The notes: a model not told the origin generated them from the sequence alone. Positions 40,876 through 51,606 are shown, numbered from the stretch's first letter. The stretch is DNA of 64,000 bases from Campylobacterales bacterium (GCA_038205935.1 JBBRBK010000003.1:1-64000); one strand, 5' to 3'. Program-made: numbers and translations.

Positions 40876-42123
40876 CTACTCTTGAATGGCAAGAGTGATA
40901 TCAGCTACTTTATTTCTGTAATCTGCGTTATTTGGCTCAATTTTGAGTGCCATTTGATAATATTTAGAGGCCTGTTGATACTCTTTTTTCACATTATAAA
41001 CATTGCCAATATTTGAAAGATAATCTGCATAATTTGGCATCAGTCCATCAGCTTTATTATAATAATTTAAGGCCTCATCATAATTTTCTAAAGTAAAGTA
41101 TATATCGCCTACCGCATTATGATATCTTGCATTATTTGGTACAAGCTCAATCGCTTTTTTATAGCAGATGAGCGCTTGGTCATACTCTTGCGTTTTGAGA
41201 TACATATTTCCAATATTTGATTGATAATAAACATCATTTGGTTTGAGATGCAAGATCTTTTTATAGTAGCTAAACGCTTGATGAAAACCTTCAAGCTGAT
41301 AATAGGCATTGCCTGCATTGAACTGATACAACACATTCCCTGGTTCTAGTTCCGCCGCTTTTTTAAAGTACAAAATAGCTTGCTGATAATCTTTAAGAGA
41401 AAAATATCTGTTTCCAAGTTCAAACTGGTGTTTTGCGTTACTCAGTTCAAGTCCTGATGCGATTTGATAACGTTTATCTGCTTCATAGTAGTTTTCAAGT
41501 TTTCTGTAAGTGTCACCCATACTGATTTGATTGTATCCGCTGTTTGGCTGTAACTCGACTGCTTTTTTGAACAATGTGAGAGCTTTTGTATATTCTTGAA
41601 GTTCATAGTGTATCCAGCCGAGATTGTTTATATATACAGCATTTGATGGCTCAAGGTCCGTGGCTTTGATATAGTATTCCAGAGCTTCACTATAATTTTT
41701 CATCACACAATAGGCATGACCGACATTAATATTGACAGCCGCATCATCTGAATTAAATTTTAAGAAGCAATACTTATCAAAAGAAAGTTCTTCTATAATA
41801 AAACTCTCTTCATATCTTAAAAGAGCATTTAAATTATATGTTCTTGAGACACGGATCAGTTCTTTCGCTTCTGCACTTTCTAGTTTAATACTAAAGGTGA
41901 TCCCATCTACTGGTAGATTAAACTCTAACGTTTTGATATCACTGTGAAGCTTAGAAGTAAAATAGAGAAGTTGCGTACTTGGTTCATACTGAGTGATGCT
42001 AATGTCACCAATATTGACAGTACCTAAATCCGACATCCTATTTTTATATTTTTCTGCACTCTCAAAAAAACCTTTTTTGATTAATTTATTTGTTAATTTA
42101 ATCTTATCCATCTTGTTTCTCAC
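40876..42123 (-). CDS. Tetratricopeptide repeat protein
   Basis: About eight 34-aa TPR units (e.g. YQQAILYFKKAAELEP). Confidence 0.9.
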   Translation of the reverse strand: MRNKMDKIKLTNKLIKKGFFESAEKYKNRMSDLGTVNIGDISITQYEPSTQLLYFTSKLHSDIKTLEFNLPVDGITFSIKLESAEAKELIRVSRTYNLNALLRYEESFIIEELSFDKYCFLKFNSDDAAVNINVGHAYCVMKNYSEALEYYIKATDLEPSNAVYINNLGWIHYELQEYTKALTLFKKAVELQPNSGYNQISMGDTYRKLENYYEADKRYQIASGLELSNAKHQFELGNRYFSLKDYQQAILYFKKAAELEPGNVLYQFNAGNAYYQLEGFHQAFSYYKKILHLKPNDVYYQSNIGNMYLKTQEYDQALICYKKAIELVPNNARYHNAVGDIYFTLENYDEALNYYNKADGLMPNYADYLSNIGNVYNVKKEYQQASKYYQMALKIEPNNADYRNKVADITLAIQE

Positions 42124-42317
42124 TCAACTTTAGCAACAGTAATCCTTGGCACAAAATAAAACTATAGGCCTCTTTTGGGCATTACAGCATTTTTCATACC
42201 TATTTTAGCTGAAATCTTTGGTGATTTTGTATTACAGTAATTGAACAAAAGGGGTTTGAGGATTTACTAAGGATGGTTTATGCATTTTTATAAAGATAGA
42301 TTTATTCTACATGTAAG

Positions 42318-42345
42318 GAGTAACCACCAGATAGCGTGGCTACTC
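42318..42345 (-). terminator. Hairpin downstream of the DUF1641 gene
   Basis: GAGTAACCAC...GTGGCTACTC. Confidence 0.5.
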
Positions 42346-42354
42346 AGAAAACTT

Positions 42355-42711
42355 TTACATCTGTTTTCCGATCCCTTTTGTAAGATTTAGCATAAATGCC
42401 AATCCTTTTCTTGTGTCTTCATCTTTGAGGAGTTTTAGCATGCCAAAAAGAGATGGTACTTCATTTTTTGCACTCTCACGCTTGGCATAGCGCACTGCAT
42501 TTTCTGTGACAAAACCAGCTGTTGCCATATTGTCTATAGAATGCACCATCTTCTCAACTATAGGCGTTGTTGTCATCTCAATTTGATCAGATATTACAGC
42601 AAGTAAATCTATAAGATTGTCTATTCTTCCTGTCTGTACCAACATCGTCATCTTATTTTCAAGCTCTTGCATTGCTGCTGTTTTTTGTACTTTTACTTCT
42701 TCGCTCATCAT
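42355..42711 (-). CDS. DUF1641-like protein
   Basis: SLFGMLKLLKDEDTRKGL C-terminal motif; follows the SQR-like gene; GGAGG SD. Confidence 0.8.
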   Translation of the reverse strand: MMSEEVKVQKTAAMQELENKMTMLVQTGRIDNLIDLLAVISDQIEMTTTPIVEKMVHSIDNMATAGFVTENAVRYAKRESAKNEVPSLFGMLKLLKDEDTRKGLAFMLNLTKGIGKQM

Positions 42712-42718
42712 AATCCTC

Positions 42719-43906
42719 CTATAACATACCGCGTGCGGCAGCCCAATATAAACTTTTGTTAAAACCTAAACGCACAAAACTGCCAAGTTTACTACAAGGG
42801 GTCGGTTTAACATCTTCTTCATAGTCATACCAAAGTGGCATACCACAAGATAGACCCATCTGTGCAATGGCAATAACTTTTCCATCATATGACTCTGTTG
42901 GATACCCAAAACGTAACTCTGCTGCGATGTTGTCGACAAGAACGTCTACTTGATTGTGAACAGTTCCCCCCGCTTTTGATACAGATAAATCAACAGTATC
43001 ACCTAGTGTATAGACATTATCTAAACCTTTGACTTTCAAAGTTTTTTTATCAGTTGGCAACCAACCTTCGTTATCGAGTGCTTGGGATAATCCAGATTTT
43101 CGAATGACTTCAACAGCGATAAATGGTGGAGTGGACATCAAGATGTCAAACTCCAGCTCTTCTCCCTCTTCTGAGTAAGCTATTTTTTTCTTAGGATCAA
43201 CTTTAAAGAGCGTAAAACTTGTCTTGTGTTTTACATTTATACTATCAAAGATAGATGGCAGTACACTAGAAGTCGGAGCTTGCATGAAAAGACCATTCTT
43301 TACTGATTGTGATGTTGTTGGATAGGTATATACAATCTCAATATCATCACGTACTCCTCTTTCTGTTAAGAAATCATGTAACATCATTGTCGTCTCAACC
43401 GGAGCAATACCACACTGGTGAGGGATATTTGGCGTTTTAGGAAAGTTTACAGTTACTAAAATTCGTCCACTTCTAATCTTTTCAAATTTTTTAGCTAACT
43501 TTTTAGCGCCTTCATAGCTATAGAACCAATCACCACCTTCTGTGAGTCCTGGTATTCTGTCTGCTGCAATTTCACAACCTGTTGCTAAGACAAGAAAATC
43601 ATAGTTATACTTTGTTCCACTTGCGCCTTTTACAAAATTACTTTTTGCATTTATCTCGACGGCTTTATCGACTTTGAAACCTACCTCTAGCATAAGAAGA
43701 GAACGCTGATCACGAATGAACTCGTGTCCTGCGGCTTTATGAAAGGCTACATACATCGCCCCTGGACGATACACATGAAGTTTTGAGTCAGAAATCATCA
43801 TAATTTCTACCTCACCACGGTTAATTTCTGGCATAAGTTTGTTAGCGAGGTTATTAGCAGTCATAGTTCCGCCAGTACCACCACCGACTATAAGGATTTT
43901 CTTCAT
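42719..43906 (-). CDS. sqr: Sulfide:quinone oxidoreductase-like flavoprotein
   Basis: GGGTGG, YDFLVLATG, QCGIAPVE, LGDTVDLSVSKAG. Confidence 0.8.
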   Translation of the reverse strand: MKKILIVGGGTGGTMTANNLANKLMPEINRGEVEIMMISDSKLHVYRPGAMYVAFHKAAGHEFIRDQRSLLMLEVGFKVDKAVEINAKSNFVKGASGTKYNYDFLVLATGCEIAADRIPGLTEGGDWFYSYEGAKKLAKKFEKIRSGRILVTVNFPKTPNIPHQCGIAPVETTMMLHDFLTERGVRDDIEIVYTYPTTSQSVKNGLFMQAPTSSVLPSIFDSINVKHKTSFTLFKVDPKKKIAYSEEGEELEFDILMSTPPFIAVEVIRKSGLSQALDNEGWLPTDKKTLKVKGLDNVYTLGDTVDLSVSKAGGTVHNQVDVLVDNIAAELRFGYPTESYDGKVIAIAQMGLSCGMPLWYDYEEDVKPTPCSKLGSFVRLGFNKSLYWAAARGML

Positions 43907-43950
43907 ATAGCACTCCTTTAATTTGTATGGAATGATAATAACTGAAGTCT

Positions 43951-43989
43951 ACAAGGTATTAATAAGCTATCAATAAGGTTTTTATAAGG
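43951..43989 (-). promoter_or_regulatory. Four direct repeats at 11-bp period upstream of sqr (candidate OmpR/PhoB-type site)
   Basis: ACAAGG/ATAAGC/ATAAGG/ATAAGG at 43951, 43962, 43973, 43984; TATTAT -10-like on minus strand at 43940-43935. Confidence 0.55.
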
Positions 43990-43992
43990 ATT

Positions 43993-44676
43993 TTAAGAGA
44001 TATTGAGACGGTATCCCAAGCCCTTGAGATTTTCAACAAGCGAGGCATAGAGTTTTTTACGTAGACCTACAACTAGCATTCGTATGGCATCATCAGATAC
44101 CGGCTCATCATAAAGATTTTGCTCTATCATCTCTAAACCGACAACACCTTGTTTGTTTTTGATCAGTAGTTCTAAGAGTAAAAGCTCTTTTTTTGTAAGC
44201 CTAATTGCTTGTAACTCTTTATAGACCATCTTTTTTGTAAAGTCATAATGAAAGCCCTCTCCTAAGTTTGAGATCGTAGGAATAGAGAGAGACTCCGGCA
44301 TATGTGAAGAAAGAGCGACGAGTAGTTCATCTATATCGATGGGCTTTTTCAGATAAAGATGCACACCTGATTCAACAGCGCGGTTGAGATAAGGTTGTGA
44401 GTTAAAAGCAGTCATAACGACACGAAAAGTTTGTGGTGAGATAATGGAGATTTTGTGTAAAAAGCTAAGTCCATCTACTTCAGGCATCTGTATATCAGTC
44501 ACAATAATATCTGTCGGCTTTTGTATAAACATCTCTAACGCATCCATAGCATTTGTAGCTGAGTAGACCTCTTTAAAGTAGATTTTAAGAATCCGTACGA
44601 GCCATTTGAGCGTACTTGGATCATCTTCTGCCACTAATATAGTGTGTATTGATAAACGCTTTTGTATCGCTTCCAT
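43993..44676 (-). CDS. OmpR-family response regulator
   Basis: VAEDD, TDIQMP, KKP receiver; LTKKE...GLGYRL wHTH; start at ATG 44676 after AAGGAG. Confidence 0.9.
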   Translation of the reverse strand: MEAIQKRLSIHTILVAEDDPSTLKWLVRILKIYFKEVYSATNAMDALEMFIQKPTDIIVTDIQMPEVDGLSFLHKISIISPQTFRVVMTAFNSQPYLNRAVESGVHLYLKKPIDIDELLVALSSHMPESLSIPTISNLGEGFHYDFTKKMVYKELQAIRLTKKELLLLELLIKNKQGVVGLEMIEQNLYDEPVSDDAIRMLVVGLRKKLYASLVENLKGLGYRLNIS

Positions 44677-44677
44677 A

Positions 44678-46144
44678 CTATTTACTCTCCTTGCATCGCA
44701 ACGTGATACAAAACTTTGTACCTTCATTGTAGTTTTGAACATTAAGGTGGCCTTGCATGTGATGTTCAATAATAATCTTTGACATGTAGAGTCCTATGCC
44801 ACTTCCATTTTCTCGTGTTGTAAAATAGGGATCAAATATTTTATCCAAACTTTCCTCTTCTATGCCGCCTCCATTATCTGCGATACAGATGTTTAGTTTC
44901 TCTCCAGCTGAATATAGAACAATATCTATCATTCCATTTTGTCTGGCTGTTTTGACTATAGCTGTCATTGCATTATGCACTATGTTCATCACTACTTGTT
45001 TAAACTCAGTTGGAAATCCCATAACCTCTAGAGATAGTCCCTCCTTAAACTCTATATTTACTTTTATATTATGAGATTTTAGTTGTACATCTATCAAACG
45101 CAGGGCATCTTCTATACTATGCAAAACAGAAAAACTCTCTTTTGTTTTAGAGATGCGAAAAAAACCACTAAAATCATCAATAGTTTGAGACATATAGTTG
45201 ATTTTTTCCATAATCTCACTCTCTACCTCCATCAGAGATTCTTTATCTAAAGTCTCACTTTTACTGATATGTTTGAGGCCTTGGACTATAAGCCCTAAAC
45301 CATTAAGAGGTTGTCTCCATTGATGCGCGATAGAATCTATCATCTCGCCCATCGCTGCTAAACGTGACTGATGGCACATGATCTCATACTGCTCTGTACG
45401 TTTGGCTACTTCCATTTCAACTTGGCGTTTGAGTTCCTCTTGGTATTTTATATCCTGTGTGATATCAGAGGTGATCATCACGATCTCATCACGACTTTTT
45501 AAGTAACTAAGAGACATACTTGCATTAATATGTTCTCCTGATTTGGTCACACAAACCTTACGGAAGTTTTGTATGCTTCCATTTTTTATGGCTTTTTGTA
45601 CCGCAGTTTGAGAGGCCTCAGAATACTCAGGAGCTGAAAGTGAGATACAAGATTCCTTGCGTAACTCTTCCATCGTATATTCCATCATATCTTGAAAGAA
45701 CTGATTTGCATACAAAAACATCCCATTATGATCGAGAATAGATATACCATTGGCAGCCAAATCAAAAACAGCCTGAAGCTCCTCTTTTTTAGAGAGTAAG
45801 TCATAAACACTTTTTTTGAGTTGGGATTCTACACTACTATAACGTGTCACATCCATAAGATAAAGCAGAGAGTTTTTTCCCTCTTCTAGCCTCGTAAAGT
45901 TAGCATCATAGTTGTGATTTAAAAATGAAATATTAAGAGAATCAATATCTCCATTGATGAGCGATAAAACCTTCTTATAAATCTTTTTGTCAAACAAGAT
46001 GGATAAGCTTATTGGTTTTGATAAATCAAAATTTTTTTCAAATAGTTTATGCTGCTGTCCATATACAGCATTTACAAAATGCTCATTATTGAGAGAAAAT
46101 ATCAGAGATTGAGGAAAAGTTTTGAGGATATCGATTGTATTCAT
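44678..46144 (-). CDS. Cytoplasmic PAS-domain sensor histidine kinase
   Basis: PAS region; IAHQWRQPL, DNGGGI, PYFTT, GSGIGLY; no TM. Confidence 0.92.
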   Translation of the reverse strand: MNTIDILKTFPQSLIFSLNNEHFVNAVYGQQHKLFEKNFDLSKPISLSILFDKKIYKKVLSLINGDIDSLNISFLNHNYDANFTRLEEGKNSLLYLMDVTRYSSVESQLKKSVYDLLSKKEELQAVFDLAANGISILDHNGMFLYANQFFQDMMEYTMEELRKESCISLSAPEYSEASQTAVQKAIKNGSIQNFRKVCVTKSGEHINASMSLSYLKSRDEIVMITSDITQDIKYQEELKRQVEMEVAKRTEQYEIMCHQSRLAAMGEMIDSIAHQWRQPLNGLGLIVQGLKHISKSETLDKESLMEVESEIMEKINYMSQTIDDFSGFFRISKTKESFSVLHSIEDALRLIDVQLKSHNIKVNIEFKEGLSLEVMGFPTEFKQVVMNIVHNAMTAIVKTARQNGMIDIVLYSAGEKLNICIADNGGGIEEESLDKIFDPYFTTRENGSGIGLYMSKIIIEHHMQGHLNVQNYNEGTKFCITLRCKESK

Positions 46145-46314
46145 TCAATGAGCCTAAATAGTTTAAGATAAAAAATTATATCTGAGACCTCTTAATATAG
46201 TAAGACATCTTAGTTTTGAAACTATATGAAATCTCATTATATTTCTATAAGGTTAGTTCTCTATAATTTAAAAACGATAAGTATAGCTTAACGTTTTTAA
46301 ATTAAGGATTTAAT

Positions 46315-46827
46315 ATGCCAAAAAGTATACCTTGGTGGGTTGGTGGAATTGCCATGAGTTTGCTCTTTTACCTTTCGTTTTCAGTTTGGGGAGCAGATCG
46401 CCCCATTGGAGCATCTACCGGAATGAGCTACATAGCAAATATGCTTTTTGGGCTTGAACCAGAGAAGTACAAATATGCTGAAATAGTCAAAGAAGGTGGC
46501 GCATGGGAGGCTGTGATGCTTGTGGGAGTCTTCTTTGGTGGACTTTTTATGTCTGTGTTTGTGACTAAAACCTTTCATATAAGCTACATCCCTACACTCT
46601 GGAAAGAACGAAAAAATAAGTCGGTCAAATCTCGTATGATTTGGAGTTTTATAGCAGGATTTTTACTTGTTTTTGGTGCTCGTTTGGCCGGTGGATGCAA
46701 TGCCGGACATATTCTCTCAGGCGGTTCTCAAATCGCTGTAAGTGGTATTATATTTGCCGTCGTCGCTTTAGGAACAGGGATAATAACAGGTAGATTTTTC
46801 TACAAGAAAAAAGGGTGTAAAGTATGA
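46315..46827 (+). CDS. YeeE/YedE-family sulfur-compound transporter subunit
   Basis: FGARLAGGCNAGHILSG. Confidence 0.88.
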   Translation: MPKSIPWWVGGIAMSLLFYLSFSVWGADRPIGASTGMSYIANMLFGLEPEKYKYAEIVKEGGAWEAVMLVGVFFGGLFMSVFVTKTFHISYIPTLWKERKNKSVKSRMIWSFIAGFLLVFGARLAGGCNAGHILSGGSQIAVSGIIFAVVALGTGIITGRFFYKKKGCKV

Positions 46828-47417
46828 TGGAGAGAATCTCAAATATGTTTGCAACTGTCGCAAATCAAGCGCATGGTTCTGTGTGGCTTGTGCTGTTTAT
46901 AGGGTTTTGTTTTGGTGCTATCATCCTCTACTCTCGTCTTGATAAGTTTGAAAAGATGGCTGGATTTATGATATTTGAAGACACTTTAGTCCCTCGAATG
47001 GCGATGACAACGGTTGCCCTTTCAAGCCTAGGTTTTTATTTTTTAGTGGATGCAGGTTATGCTAGCTATGCCATAAAACCCACTATTCTTAGTGGTCTCA
47101 TCATCGGTGGCATACTTTTTGGTATGGGCTTAGTTATACTTGGAAAGTGTCCATCTGCGTTTTTCGTTTCAGTATCAGAGGGACGTGTCGATGCGTTTGT
47201 AGGCGTTCTTGGCGGTATGGTCGGTGGAGCTGTTTTTACTATAGCTTATCCGTGGATAGAGAAGATAATAGGACCAGATTTAGGAAAGATTAGACTGAGT
47301 GACCTCTTTGGCGGCTACGATCTTGCCATAGTTCTTACACTAAGTATCGCTCTTTTAGTCACTGCCTATTTTCTTCCAACTATCAACTATGTTGATCCTG
47401 CGGATGAAAAAAAGTAA
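46824..47417 (+). CDS. YeeE/YedE-family sulfur-compound transporter subunit
   Basis: GGILFGMGLVILGKCPS; 4-nt overlap with partner. Confidence 0.85.
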   Translation: MMERISNMFATVANQAHGSVWLVLFIGFCFGAIILYSRLDKFEKMAGFMIFEDTLVPRMAMTTVALSSLGFYFLVDAGYASYAIKPTILSGLIIGGILFGMGLVILGKCPSAFFVSVSEGRVDAFVGVLGGMVGGAVFTIAYPWIEKIIGPDLGKIRLSDLFGGYDLAIVLTLSIALLVTAYFLPTINYVDPADEKK

Positions 47418-47563
47418 AGAAGTTGAGTAAAGCTAATTAAATATCAACACAGAACTTATCTATATATCATCTTTTAAGTGACTGAGTAGATTAAATTAGT
47501 TTATATTCAAATTTAGATTTCAGTCCTTATAGATAGAATTTTAATAAATTTTAAGGAGATAGA

Positions 47564-48121
47564 ATGAAATTCTACAAAATCATATTGGCAGGAATACTAA
47601 CAGTTTCTTCAGTTTACGCAACAACAAATGAGACAGTCACACTTGAAGGTAAAAAAGTCACACTTACAGGAAATAAAATAAACGTAGGCGACAAAGCTCC
47701 TAGTGTAAAAGTAATCACGAGTGATTTAAAAGAGATTACAGTTGGTGGCAAAACTACAAAAACTCAAGTTTTACTTGTTGTTCCAAGTATAGATACTCCG
47801 GTATGTGATATGGAAGCGCGTAGATTCAACACAGAAGCGGCTAATATGAAGAATGTTCAAATTATTGTTATATCGATGGACTTACCTTTTGCTGGAAGTC
47901 GTTATTGTGCTGCACATGGGATCAAAAACATCACTGTCGCAAGTGATTTTCAAGCAAAAGAGTTCGGAAAAGCTTATGGTACATTGATTAACAGTACAGT
48001 ACTAAAAGGTCTTGAAACTCGTACTGTTTTCATTATTAAAGATGGAAAAGTGACTTATAAACAACTTGTTCCTGAAATTACTCATGCTCCAGATTATGAG
48101 GCAGTTCTAAAAGCTCTATAG
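47564..48121 (+). CDS. tpx: Thiol peroxidase with N-terminal signal peptide
   Basis: VPSIDTPVCD, SMDLPFA, RYC, PDYE. Confidence 0.9.
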   Translation: MKFYKIILAGILTVSSVYATTNETVTLEGKKVTLTGNKINVGDKAPSVKVITSDLKEITVGGKTTKTQVLLVVPSIDTPVCDMEARRFNTEAANMKNVQIIVISMDLPFAGSRYCAAHGIKNITVASDFQAKEFGKAYGTLINSTVLKGLETRTVFIIKDGKVTYKQLVPEITHAPDYEAVLKAL

Positions 48122-48166
48122 CTTTAGACTGCTCCACCTTTTTAAAATCTACTTTTCACTTTCTAA

Positions 48167-48298
48167 AAACTTTTTGGCTTATATGGACCGCCTGCCATAA
48201 TATTTTATAATGCTAATGGAGAACATTTAAAAAATAAAAATGTTATTGGATATAAAAGCGCTGAGTCTTTTGTAGATCATATAAAATCTATTCATTAA
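48167..48298 (+). pseudogene. C-terminal remnant of a DsbD-like thioredoxin domain
   Basis: Manual translation KLFGLYGPPAIIFYNANGEHLKNKNVIGYKSAESFVDHIKSIH*; upstream in-frame TAA, no start codon. Confidence 0.65.
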
Positions 48299-48448
48299 AA
48301 AATCAACAAGCAAGAGCGAAACCAAAAGTTAATACAGCGTTGAGTTGTTAATGCTTTAAGGGAATAGCTCTATTCTTGAAAATCTCCAGATTATCTTATC
48401 GTTCTCAAGCTCCCTCTTTCAAATCATTGGTGTCGTTCCAAAAAATAT

Positions 48449-48799
48449 TTATGATCGAATACCTAATTTTTCAAGAAGGAAGATGACGCTGTAATAAGCA
48501 AAAATGGTCATCGAGATAGCAATAAACATACTTGGATAAAATCCAAAACCTTTTTTTATTAAGATTGGAAAAGCTATAAATAGTGTCATTGATGGGACAA
48601 TGAGCCAAACAACATTGTTTGAAAACTCTACTGCTTTCACACTGCTATTCGTATCTACATACATCCATGTCATGGCCAATATAGAGACCAAAGGAATAGC
48701 CGCCAATATAGCACCTGCCAAACTGTTTCGCTTCGCTATCTCAGAGATTAATACAATTAAAAATGTTGTGATAAGCAACTTTGCAATATAGTAAATCAA
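48449..48799 (-). CDS. DUF3147-like small membrane protein
   Basis: LISEIAKR...GAILAAIPLVS; four hydrophobic segments; GGAG SD. Confidence 0.78.
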   Translation of the reverse strand: MIYYIAKLLITTFLIVLISEIAKRNSLAGAILAAIPLVSILAMTWMYVDTNSSVKAVEFSNNVVWLIVPSMTLFIAFPILIKKGFGFYPSMFIAISMTIFAYYSVIFLLEKLGIRS

Positions 48800-48994
48800 T
48801 AGTTCTCCATTTTATTAAATTGACGTACTTTATCTTAGTACACTTAATCAAGAATAAAAAGAAAATCATAAAATAACCTTTTTCATAAAACCCAACTCAT
48901 CATCATCACAAATCGCGGAAGTCGTTTCACAGCGACATCTGTAAAAACAGACTAAATTCTGCATCATTATCTCCATTTAGCTATAATTTCGCCA

Positions 48995-50977
48995 ATGAAA
49001 AACAAACCAAATTTTATCGTCTCATCAAAATATTCTCCAGCGGGAGACCAACCGACAGCCATTAAAGCCTTAAGTGATTCTATCCTTCAAGGCAACCGTT
49101 ACCAAGCGCTTGAGGGCGTGACAGGAAGCGGTAAAACCTACACTATGGCGAAGGTTATAGAGAATGTGAAGATGCCGACCATCATCATGACTCATAACAA
49201 AACTTTAGCGGCTCAGCTCTATAGTGAGTTTCGTAACTTCTTTCCAAACAATCATGTTGAGTATTTTGTAAGTTATTATGATTATTATCAGCCGGAGGCT
49301 TACATTCCTCGCCAAGATCTTTTCATAGAAAAAGACAGTGCTATCAATGAAGAATTAGAACGCCTTCGCCTCTCATGTACGGCAAATTTGCTTAGTTATG
49401 ATGATGTCATCGTTATCGCCTCAGTTTCTGCAAACTATGGTTTGGGTGATCCTGAAGAGTACCTCAAAATGGTGCAAGCCATTACCATCGGCGACTCGAT
49501 AAGCCAGAAAAAACTGCTACTTCGACTTGTGGAGATGGGTTACACCAGAAATGACAGCTACTTTGACAGCGGACATATCCGTGTGAGCGGCGATGTTATC
49601 GATATCTATCCACCCTACTTTGAAGATGAGGCTGTTCGCATAGAGTTTTTTGGCGATGAAGTCGAGGCTATCTATAAATTTAGCGTTCTTGAAAATAAAC
49701 GTGTCGAGGACTTTAAAAACGTTAATATCTATGCGACAAGTCAGTTTAGCGTTACTCAAGATCGTCTTTCCGTCGCGATCAAACGGATAGAAGATGAACT
49801 TGACGAGAGACTCGACTTTCTTTTAAAAGAGGACAGACTCGTTGAAGCACAACGTCTCAAACAGCGTGTAGAGTTTGACTTAGAAATGCTTCAGACTACG
49901 GGAATGTGTAAGGGAATCGAGAACTATTCAAGACTTTTGACAGATAAAAAAGCGGGCGAAGCTCCTTTTACACTGCTTGATTATTTTGAGTCAAGACATA
50001 AAGAGTATCTTGTCATCGTGGATGAATCACACGTTAGTTTACCGCAGTTTCGTGGGATGTACGCGGGTGATCGAGCCAGAAAAGAGGTACTTGTTGAGTA
50101 TGGCTTTCGTCTTCCGAGTGCCTTGGACAATCGTCCTCTCAAGCTTGATGAGTACATCGTCAAATCGCCTCATTACCTTTTTGTTTCAGCAACACCATCG
50201 GCGTATGAGCTTGAACTTTCCGCTGTAAAAGCAGATCAAATTATCCGTCCCACCGGACTTCTTGATCCGATTATCGAGATCAAACCACTTGATAATCAAG
50301 TCGAAGATATCCATGATGAGATCAAAAAGATCACCGCTAAAAATGAACGTGTTCTTATCACTGTTTTGACAAAAAAGATGGCTGAAGCTCTTACTAAATA
50401 TCTTGCTGATTTGGGTATCAAAATCCAATACATGCACTCTGAAATCGATACTATTGAGCGTAACCAGATCATCCGTTCTTTACGCGTTGGAGAGTTTGAC
50501 GTACTTGTGGGAATCAACCTTCTTCGTGAGGGTTTAGACTTACCAGAAGTCAGTTTAGTCGCGATCTTGGATGCGGATAAAGAAGGATTTTTACGAAGTG
50601 AAACAGCACTTGTCCAGACCATCGGGCGTGCTGCGAGAAACTCAAATGGACGCGTTATTCTTTATGCAAACAAAATCACAGGCTCGATGCAAAGAGCGAT
50701 GGATAAAACAAAAGACAGACGTGCGCACCAAGAGGAGTTTAACAAGCTCCACGGTATCACGCCGACTACCACCATACGCAAACTCGATGAAAATCTCCGC
50801 CTTGAAGATCATGGTGATTTGTATGAAAAACACAAAAAACTTGATAAGATTCCAGCTGGTGAACGCAAAAAGATAATCCAAGATTTGACAGAACGTATGA
50901 AAAAAGCAGCGCGTGAACTCGAGTTTGAGGAAGCTGCGCGATTACGCGATGAGATAACAAAGATCAAAAAACTTTAA
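48995..50977 (+). CDS. uvrB: Excinuclease ABC subunit B
   Basis: [50 protein letters not shown]. Confidence 0.98.
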   Translation: MKNKPNFIVSSKYSPAGDQPTAIKALSDSILQGNRYQALEGVTGSGKTYTMAKVIENVKMPTIIMTHNKTLAAQLYSEFRNFFPNNHVEYFVSYYDYYQPEAYIPRQDLFIEKDSAINEELERLRLSCTANLLSYDDVIVIASVSANYGLGDPEEYLKMVQAITIGDSISQKKLLLRLVEMGYTRNDSYFDSGHIRVSGDVIDIYPPYFEDEAVRIEFFGDEVEAIYKFSVLENKRVEDFKNVNIYATSQFSVTQDRLSVAIKRIEDELDERLDFLLKEDRLVEAQRLKQRVEFDLEMLQTTGMCKGIENYSRLLTDKKAGEAPFTLLDYFESRHKEYLVIVDESHVSLPQFRGMYAGDRARKEVLVEYGFRLPSALDNRPLKLDEYIVKSPHYLFVSATPSAYELELSAVKADQIIRPTGLLDPIIEIKPLDNQVEDIHDEIKKITAKNERVLITVLTKKMAEALTKYLADLGIKIQYMHSEIDTIERNQIIRSLRVGEFDVLVGINLLREGLDLPEVSLVAILDADKEGFLRSETALVQTIGRAARNSNGRVILYANKITGSMQRAMDKTKDRRAHQEEFNKLHGITPTTTIRKLDENLRLEDHGDLYEKHKKLDKIPAGERKKIIQDLTERMKKAARELEFEEAARLRDEITKIKKL

Positions 50978-50986
50978 GGCAAAAGC

Positions 50987-51017
50987 CTTACATGCAAAGT
51001 GCCCTTTGGGCGTAAAG
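50987..51017 (+). repeat. 18-bp element copy 2, inside TTACATG|TAAAG
   Basis: CTTACATG[CAAAGTGCCCTTTGGGCG]TAAAG; insert 50995-51012. Confidence 0.8.
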
Positions 51018-51025
51018 GAAAAAAA

Positions 51026-51592
51026 ATGGAAGATATGTTAACAAATATAACGACTTACGGATATATAGGATTGTTTTTATACTCACTTGGCGGCGGTTTT
51101 GTTGCACTAATGGCGGCGGCTGTTTTGTCATACATGGGCAAGATGGATTTGGCAACTTCGATGGCCATTGCATTTACTGCGAATGTCCTCGGTGACAATC
51201 TCCTTCTCTATGTAGCACGTAACCAAAAAGCTGAGATGCACGGATACCTCAAAAAACACCGTAGAAAACTTGCTCTTGCGCATATCATGATGAAAAGATA
51301 CGGCTCTTGGATTATCTTGATTCAAAAGTTTATCTACGGTATCAAAACGCTCATCCCAATCGCAATCGGTCTTACAAAATATGACGTGAAAAAGTTTACT
51401 ATGTTAAACATCTTGTCAGCAATCCCTTGGACTTTGATTGTAGGTTTTGGAAGCTACTACTTTGGTCACGCAATAGAAAATCTCTATAACATTGTCGTTG
51501 CTAAACCATATATCGCCGTTATAGTCGTCGGTGGAATATTTGGATTTTTATGGCTGTATATGTCGATAGCTACGAAGAAAAAAGTGAAGTAG
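51026..51592 (+). CDS. DedA family membrane protein
   Basis: YGYIGLFLYSLGGG, LGDN, QKFIYGIKTLIP; ATG 51026 after AAGGA. Confidence 0.88.
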   Translation: MEDMLTNITTYGYIGLFLYSLGGGFVALMAAAVLSYMGKMDLATSMAIAFTANVLGDNLLLYVARNQKAEMHGYLKKHRRKLALAHIMMKRYGSWIILIQKFIYGIKTLIPIAIGLTKYDVKKFTMLNILSAIPWTLIVGFGSYYFGHAIENLYNIVVAKPYIAVIVVGGIFGFLWLYMSIATKKKVK

Positions 51593-51606
51593 AAGATAAC
51601 TATTGA

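Noticed and set aside
42124..42300. Possible ncRNA or riboswitch upstream of the TPR gene
   Set aside because: No convincing stem or recognisable motif by eye.
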